Assembly (NCBI GenBank): GCA_965248445.1
Contig: CBDFJG010000001.1
Location: forward strand, 576,001 to 640,000
DNA: 64,000 nucleotides
Source: Planctomycetota bacterium
GTDB taxonomy: Bacteria; Planctomycetota; JAJSAM01; JAJVHW01
Direction of reading: 5' to 3'
Shown here: positions 58,374-64,000 of the stretch, in pieces
Position numbering within the stretch: the first letter of the stretch is position 1
How the letters are laid out: each line of letters starts with the position of its first letter
The notes under the pieces: generated by a model
Seen by the model: only the letters and a program-made list of their open reading frames with translations
What the model was told of the DNA's origin: nothing
Database searches by the model: none
Position numbers and translations under genes: made by a program

Positions 58374-59495
58374 ATGGGCGTGATGGACTGGTTCAAGAAG
58401 GGCGTCGGCGAGATTATGGTCGCGCGTCCGGACGCGGCGAAGGCGCACGTCGTCTGGAAGCACCCGGACGCCACCATCCCGATGAAGTCCCAGCTCACGG
58501 TGGAGGCGGACGAGAAGGCCGTCTTCTTCCGAGACGGCAGGGTCGTCCGGGTGATGGACGCCGGGCGCTACACGCTCGACTCGGCGAACCTGCCGTTCCT
58601 GAGCGATCTGGTCGACTCGTTCACCGGCGGCAACGTCTTCATCTCCGAGGTGTTCTTCGTCAACGTTCGCGAGCACCCGGGCAACAAGTTCGGCGGTCGC
58701 ATCGGCTACGTCGAAGACCCCAAGAGCGGCATCCCCGTCGAGACGATGGTGCACGGCGAGTTCTCGTTCCGCGTCGTCGACCCCGAGCAGCTGATCGTCG
58801 GCCTGGTCGGCATGGGCCGCGCCGAGAGCTTCATGGTGCGCGCGTGGATGAAGGAGCAGGTGCTCAAGGTCCTGCGCGACCGCATCGCGGAGCTGTGCGT
58901 CAAGAACAAGTGGCCGCTGCTCGACGTCACGTCCGGCGCGTACACCGAGGAACTCGAGGAGGCGGTGATCGAGAGCGTCAGCAAGCACGTCGACAGCTAC
59001 GGCATCGAGATCGTGCGGTTGGGCAACTTCACCATCGCGATCGATGACGAGGACGTCGAGAACCTGAAGCGGCTCTACACGGACGCGGCCTACCTGCGCA
59101 CCGTCGGCGGCGTCGGCGCGTACCAGCAGTTCGCGGCCGGCAAGGCCATGATGGGCGCCGGCGAAGGCATGGCGAAGGGCGACGGCGGTGGTGGTGGTGG
59201 TGGCGGCGGAGGAGGCGGCGGTGGCGGCCTTCTCGGCGGCGCCGGCCTCGGCGTCGGCTTCGGCCTCGCGCAGATGCTCGTCAAGGACCACGCCGGCGGC
59301 CAGACGCTGGTCCCGGTGGCTCCGGCGGTCCCGTGCAGCGAGTGCAACGCGAGCGTCCCCCCCGGCAAGTTCTGCAACGCGTGCGGCAAGGAGATGGCGA
59401 AGAAGCCCGAAGCCACCGGCTTCTGCAGCGGCTGCGGCAGCCCTCTCGGCGCCGCCGCCAAGTTCTGCGGGCAATGTGGGGTGAAGCGGGACTGA
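58374..59495 (+). CDS. SPFH-domain protein (YdjI-like) with a poly-Gly linker and double zinc ribbon
   Basis: SQLTV...AVFFRDG...GRYTL..NLP, EVFFVN, and C-terminal KFCxxCG repeats. RBS GGAGG. Confidence 0.85.
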   Translation: MGVMDWFKKGVGEIMVARPDAAKAHVVWKHPDATIPMKSQLTVEADEKAVFFRDGRVVRVMDAGRYTLDSANLPFLSDLVDSFTGGNVFISEVFFVNVREHPGNKFGGRIGYVEDPKSGIPVETMVHGEFSFRVVDPEQLIVGLVGMGRAESFMVRAWMKEQVLKVLRDRIAELCVKNKWPLLDVTSGAYTEELEEAVIESVSKHVDSYGIEIVRLGNFTIAIDDEDVENLKRLYTDAAYLRTVGGVGAYQQFAAGKAMMGAGEGMAKGDGGGGGGGGGGGGGGGLLGGAGLGVGFGLAQMLVKDHAGGQTLVPVAPAVPCSECNASVPPGKFCNACGKEMAKKPEATGFCSGCGSPLGAAAKFCGQCGVKRD

Positions 59496-59851
59496 CTCGA
59501 GAATCGAGCACAACGCGACGTCCGTTGAGTCACAGCGCGGTCCCACATCGACGACGGGCTACGTCGTCAGTCCCGCTTCACCGGCCGCGGCCCGAGTCCG
59601 CGCGTCAGCGGACGAGGGAGCAGAAGCCATAGACAATGGCTTCTTCAGCGGCATGGAGTGGGGTCCACACAACTCGATAACCGACCCCGGCACGGCCAGT
59701 CGCGGGCGGGCGCGACGACCCGCCCCTCCGCATGTCCGGTTCCGCCACCCACGCGGCAGCTACGCCGTCGGGTAACCTCGCCCGCCCGAGGTGGCCGATG
59801 TCGGATCGAGGCGTCGTTCCAGGCCTGCCGAGAGCCGGTGGAGTGAGTCCG

Positions 59852-60661
59852 TCAGAGCACTGACAACGCCACGTCCCGGCACCGCGGCGCATCGATCGAC
59901 TCGACCCATGCGCCTGGGGCGGTCCCGTCGGCGAGCGTCTCCTCGAGCACGTCCCGCAGGTCCCGGTGCATCGCGAAGAACGTCCGCCCGGTCTCCGCGG
60001 GCTGGGGCGTGAACGCGCCATCGCCCTCCGCCGTCAGCCGCTCGATCGCAGCGACGAACAGCGGCGCGCGGTGCGCATCGAATGCCCGGCGCAACTCTGC
60101 GACACCCGCGCCGTCGGTTCGTGGGAGCACCGCATCGTGCAGCACCGCGCCTGTGTCCAGACCCGCTTCGATCCGGTGCACCGCCGGGCGGAACGGCAGA
60201 CCGAACCACGCGGTCCACTCGATCGCGTTGAACCCCCGCGTGTACGGCAGCCCGCAGTGCACGTTCAGCACCGGCCCCGCAGCTTCGAGGAGGTTCTCCC
60301 GGAGGATGCCGCACTCGCCCGTGTCCGCCGAAGCGCGGGGTGCGATCTCCGCCAGGAGGGCGAGGCACTTCGCGTCGCCCATGCGCGAGACCTCGTGCAT
60401 GACGACTCCCGGCACGTCGCAGAGAGCCGGCGAAGCCGCAGGTGCTCCGCCGACGACACGCGTGACGCGGCTCTTCACGATGCCGGCGACCTTGCGCAGG
60501 ACGCGGCCCGGCGTCACACGTCGCACGCGGTCGAGGGTCACGCGCTCGCACACGGCATGCAGTTCGAAGCGCTCCTTCGGCAGGGCCGCAGCGATCTCGC
60601 CGCCGAGCGTCGAGAAGCGGTCCGCCGCCAGGAAGACGATGCGCGCGCGCTCGGTGCTCAT
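59852..60661 (-). CDS. Formyltransferase-like protein
   Basis: LNVHCG..TRG and VHRIEAGLDTG resemble Formyl_trans_N motifs. Confidence 0.7.
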   Translation of the reverse strand: MSTERARIVFLAADRFSTLGGEIAAALPKERFELHAVCERVTLDRVRRVTPGRVLRKVAGIVKSRVTRVVGGAPAASPALCDVPGVVMHEVSRMGDAKCLALLAEIAPRASADTGECGILRENLLEAAGPVLNVHCGLPYTRGFNAIEWTAWFGLPFRPAVHRIEAGLDTGAVLHDAVLPRTDGAGVAELRRAFDAHRAPLFVAAIERLTAEGDGAFTPQPAETGRTFFAMHRDLRDVLEETLADGTAPGAWVESIDAPRCRDVALSVL

Positions 60662-61416
60662 CTTCGCCCCCGCAGCGCCGCAACGGCCTCGCGCTCGCGC
60701 GACGCCGCCAGCAGATGGAGCGCGGTCGCGGCAGGCGAGAGTTCGTACGCGCCGGCAGCGATCACTGCGCGGAGTCCGTGCCAGGTCTCCGCGTTCGTGG
60801 CGGCGGCGTCGGCCACGGTCATGCGCGTCCAGTCAGCGAGCTTCAGCGCTCCATTCAGGAAGCGCGGATCCCCGGTGATCGCGGTGAGCGTGCGCCACGT
60901 CGCGCGGAGCACGCCGAGAGCAACCATGTCAGCAGCGTCGCGGCCCGCGTACGTCAGGCCGAGCGCGTGCTTGCGCCGCTCGAACCGGATCAGCAGCGTC
61001 TCCGCGCGCTCGTGAGCGCGGCGGAAGCACTCGTCGTCGCCCAGAAGCGCGGCACCGAGCACTGCAACGTGCAGTTCGGCACCGGCAACCGCATCCGGCC
61101 GGTCGGCAGCAGCGACGGCAGCCCGCAGTTCGCTCTCCGCAATCGAGTCTGTCTCGCTGAGCGCGCGCACCAGAACGCCGACACGCGGATCGCAGCCAGC
61201 GAGTCCGATCCACTCGAGGTCCCCGTCCGGTCCGTGCCGCGCGAGCCACGCACCGAGCAGCGTGTCCACATCGGGCAAGACGGGAGCCGCCAGCGCCCAT
61301 GGGTCGCGTGTGGCCGAGAGCGAGGGAAACTCGTCTCGGTCGAACGCCGCGAGTCGCTTCCGGACGGCCGCATCCGCCAGCAGGTCGAGGACGGGGGGCG
61401 TCACTGTTACCGTCAC
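60658..61416 (-). CDS. Hypothetical protein
   Basis: ORF between galE and the formyltransferase, with an ATGA overlap. Confidence 0.55.
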   Translation of the reverse strand: MTVTVTPPVLDLLADAAVRKRLAAFDRDEFPSLSATRDPWALAAPVLPDVDTLLGAWLARHGPDGDLEWIGLAGCDPRVGVLVRALSETDSIAESELRAAVAAADRPDAVAGAELHVAVLGAALLGDDECFRRAHERAETLLIRFERRKHALGLTYAGRDAADMVALGVLRATWRTLTAITGDPRFLNGALKLADWTRMTVADAAATNAETWHGLRAVIAAGAYELSPAATALHLLAASREREAVAALRGRR

Positions 61417-61426
61417 CGTTCGCTCC

Positions 61427-62470
61427 TCAGACGCCGCCCGTGGCGTTCGTCCGGTAGCCGTCCGGGTAGCGGCTCTGCCACCGCCACGCGTCGCGCACGC
61501 AGTCCTCGAGCGTGCGCGTGGCCGTCCAGTTCAGCTCGGCGTTGGCGCGGCTGGGATCGGCGTAGCTCTCGGCGACGTCTCCCGGGCGGCGCGGAGTGAT
61601 GCGGTGAGGCACTTCCTTGCCGGTCACGCGACGCACCGTGTCGAGCACCTCCAGCACACTGTTCCCCTGGCCCGTCCCGAGATTGTACGCGACGCATCCT
61701 GTCAGTCGGTCGAGCGCGCTCAACGCGGCGAGGTGGCCCTGCGCGAGATCGACGACGTGGATGTAATCGCGCACGCCGGTGCCGTCTGGAGTCGCGTAGT
61801 CGTTGCCGAACACCGACACGTGCGAGCGCCGGCCGACGGCCACCTGCATGACGTACGGCATGAGGTTGTTCGGCTCACCCTGCGGATCCTCGCCGATCTC
61901 GCCCGAGGGGTGGGAGCCAATGGGGTTGAAGTACCGCAGGAGCACGATCGACCAAGCCGGCCCGCCCGGAGTCGCCGCGATGTCGCGCAGCATGTCCTCG
62001 ATCATCAACTTGGTGCGACCGTAAGGATTGGTCGCCGAGAGCGGCGCGGTCTCCGGGATCGGAACCGACTGCGGCTCGCCGTACACCGTCGCGGACGAGG
62101 AGAAGACGAGCCGGCGCACCTCGGCGGCCGCCATCGCCTCGATCAGGGTCAGAGTGCCGGCCACGTTCGCGCGGTAGTACGCCGCAGGAATGCGGTTGCT
62201 CTCACCGACCGCCTTCTTTCCCGCGAAGTGGATGACCGCGTCGATCGGGTGATTGGCGAAGACGTCGTCGAGCAGCGCCCGGTCGTCGGTGGAACCCTCG
62301 ACGAACACGATGTCGCTCCGGGCCAGCGCCTCGACCCGGCCGATCGAGGCGATGCTCGCGTTCGAGAGGTCGTCCAGCACCACGACGTCGTGACCCGCGA
62401 GCAGGAGTTCGACGTTGGTGTGGCTGCCGATGTAGCCGGCGCCGCCGGTGACCAGGTAGGTGCGGGACAT
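61427..62470 (-). CDS. galE: UDP-glucose 4-epimerase
   Basis: VTGGAGYIGSH, FSSSATVYG, YGRTK, LRYFNP, DGTGVRDYIHV. Confidence 0.95.
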   Translation of the reverse strand: MSRTYLVTGGAGYIGSHTNVELLLAGHDVVVLDDLSNASIASIGRVEALARSDIVFVEGSTDDRALLDDVFANHPIDAVIHFAGKKAVGESNRIPAAYYRANVAGTLTLIEAMAAAEVRRLVFSSSATVYGEPQSVPIPETAPLSATNPYGRTKLMIEDMLRDIAATPGGPAWSIVLLRYFNPIGSHPSGEIGEDPQGEPNNLMPYVMQVAVGRRSHVSVFGNDYATPDGTGVRDYIHVVDLAQGHLAALSALDRLTGCVAYNLGTGQGNSVLEVLDTVRRVTGKEVPHRITPRRPGDVAESYADPSRANAELNWTATRTLEDCVRDAWRWQSRYPDGYRTNATGGV

Positions 62471-62605
62471 GGAACGACTGCTCTCGGGGTGCGCGGGCCG
62501 TCCGAAGTGGACGAGCCCTACCCCCTCCATATCGGCGTCCCGGCGCCGAACGTTGGGAGCCTGCGGGGCTCGCCCCGGCGCGGCGCGCTGGGTAGCCTCC
62601 GGCGC

Positions 62606-63067
62606 ATGGCCAGAAGGCGCAATCTCGGCAGCACCCTCGCGCTCCTCGCGGTCATCGCGATCGTCTACTACCTGAAGCAGAAGGACAGCCGCCCGGAGCC
62701 TCCGCCGAGGACCGGCGGGACGGCGGCCAACGAGGCTGCTTCGGGCTCGATCGAGTCACTGTTCGAGGCTGGCCAGTCCGACACGTGGGTCGAGAGCAGC
62801 GGGCGCGTCCAACGCGTGCTGGCGGACGACAACGAGGGCTCGCGGCACCAGCGGTTCCTGCTCGAGCTCGCCTCGGGGCACACCATCCTGATCGCCCACA
62901 ACATCGATGTCGCCCCTCGCGTGCCGCTCGAGACGGGGGACGAGATCCGCTTCCGGGGCGAGTTCGAGTGGAGTGACCGGGGCGGCGTCGTCCACTGGAC
63001 CCACCGAGACACCCGCGGGCGCAAGAAGGGCGGCTGGCTGGAGCTGGCGGGGAAGACCTATCGCTGA
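62606..63067 (+). CDS. DUF3465-family protein
   Basis: DDNEGSRHQRF, IAHNID, GGVVHWTH, N-terminal TM. Confidence 0.85.
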   Translation: MARRRNLGSTLALLAVIAIVYYLKQKDSRPEPPPRTGGTAANEAASGSIESLFEAGQSDTWVESSGRVQRVLADDNEGSRHQRFLLELASGHTILIAHNIDVAPRVPLETGDEIRFRGEFEWSDRGGVVHWTHRDTRGRKKGGWLELAGKTYR

Positions 63068-63304
63068 GCTGAGCCGGGGCCGGCAGACTCTCAGATCGAG
63101 AAACCGCCGTAACCAGGCTGTCCCGAGCCTGCGACGGTCACAAAAGTCGCCTGTATTCTCAATCTGACACTTTGCGGCCGAGGAAGCGTCTGCCACAATT
63201 CTCCGCCTCAGCCCCCGCCACCGGCAGATGAGTTCGCACGAGTCTTCACGCTCTCGATAACGGCATCGGAGCAATTCGTGATCTCGGAGCGAAAAGGAGG
63301 ATAG

Positions 63305-63679
63305 ATGCGCCTTCAGCCGATGCTACTGGCGCTCCCGCTCTTCGTGGCGGGATGCGCTTGCGCCGGTGCCTCCACTTACTCCGACGCCGACACCTATGCG
63401 GTGATCGTCGAAGAAGTGGCCCCTGCGCCCGATGCCAATGCAGGCTCGGGGACCTCGTGGGGAACGGCAGCCGGGGGTGCCGCGACAGCGGACTACTCGA
63501 ACCCGTGCGCGCCCTGTGCGCCGATCAACCGCACCGTGTTCCACGATGCGGGCTCGGTGTACGTGGACCACGTGCACTCCTATCGCGAGATCCATCGACA
63601 CTCGCTCGAGGTCTCTCGTGAGGATCAGGGCTGCGCCGATTGCCCGCCGGGTGTGAACCCGGGCGTGCTGTCCAAGTAA
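63305..63679 (+). CDS. Small Cys/His-rich lipoprotein
   Basis: AAGGAGG RBS, lipobox VAGC, CAPC and CADC. Confidence 0.7.
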   Translation: MRLQPMLLALPLFVAGCACAGASTYSDADTYAVIVEEVAPAPDANAGSGTSWGTAAGGAATADYSNPCAPCAPINRTVFHDAGSVYVDHVHSYREIHRHSLEVSREDQGCADCPPGVNPGVLSK

Positions 63680-63849
63680 CGCCAGACCGCGACACCGGGT
63701 CTGCGGCTGCGTGTGAGGCTCTCCGTTCACACCGCACGTTCGCTCCGACGGCCCCTCTCTGTGCGCTGCTGTCCCTGGCGCTGTACTTGTTCCGACACTC
63801 TTCGACGTCGTGCGCGTCGCCCGGTTTGCGACAGACACGATCGGAGGAA

Positions 63850-64000
63850 ATGATGAAGATCCGACTTGCACTTCTCACGATGGCAGTCGCTCTGGCCGGT
63901 TGCGCGTCCCACGGGTACGCGCCCCGCGTTCAGCAGCGCTACGCAACCAGCAACTACCTCGCAGGCACTGCCAGCGCACGCATCGCGCGTCGCGCCCCGG
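63850..64000 (+). CDS. Lipoprotein, partial (runs off the window)
   Basis: GGAGG RBS, MMKIRLALLTMAVALAGC. Confidence 0.65.
   Translation, partial: MMKIRLALLTMAVALAGCASHGYAPRVQQRYATSNYLAGTASARIARRAP

Noticed and set aside
59183..59228. GGN trinucleotide run as a contingency locus
   Set aside because: Mixed Gly codons in frame indicate a protein linker; length changes would not shift the frame.
1..64000. CRISPR array or cas genes
   Set aside because: No regularly spaced repeat-spacer array or Cas-like ORF was seen. The repeats found are IS copies, the att duplicate and short coding repeats.

Overview
High-GC bacterial DNA. A Planctomycetota-like host is inferred from gene content only. Positions 1-~15.9 kb form an accessory island next to a tRNA-Arg(ACG) gene (16939-17015, minus strand), whose 3' end is duplicated at 15868-15899. 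The island carries an AT-richer receptor-type Ser/Thr kinase, two beta-helix genes (one truncated) and a dense nest of insertion sequences. The main finding is an apparent chain of RNA-guided targeting, read directly from the sequence. An IS1111-type element (4454-10105) carries a guide loop matching the terminal repeat of the IS66-family element it abuts. An IS621-like IS110 element (4464-8679) carries a bridge RNA whose four guide segments match its own ends and its target, and that target is the left subterminal inverted repeat of the IS1111 element. This IS110 was itself later hit by IS66 and IS1595 insertions. The rest is mostly core-like: a NatAB-like ABC transporter, a PP2C phosphatase, an arginine operon (argG-orfX-argC-argD-argF'-argB-argE-argH) that lacks argA/argJ but contains a DUF1611-like gene, a probable UxxC selenoprotein, thymidine kinase, a sigma54-type promoter driving a tautomerase/hydrolase operon, an ECF sigma/cupin anti-sigma pair with three copies of a CATCC-N16-CGTA promoter, a salicylyl/anthraniloyl-CoA monooxygenase, a YdjG/YdjI-like pair and galE. 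Family assignments come from motif recognition, not database searches. Several frameshifts fall in homopolymers and may be sequencing errors.
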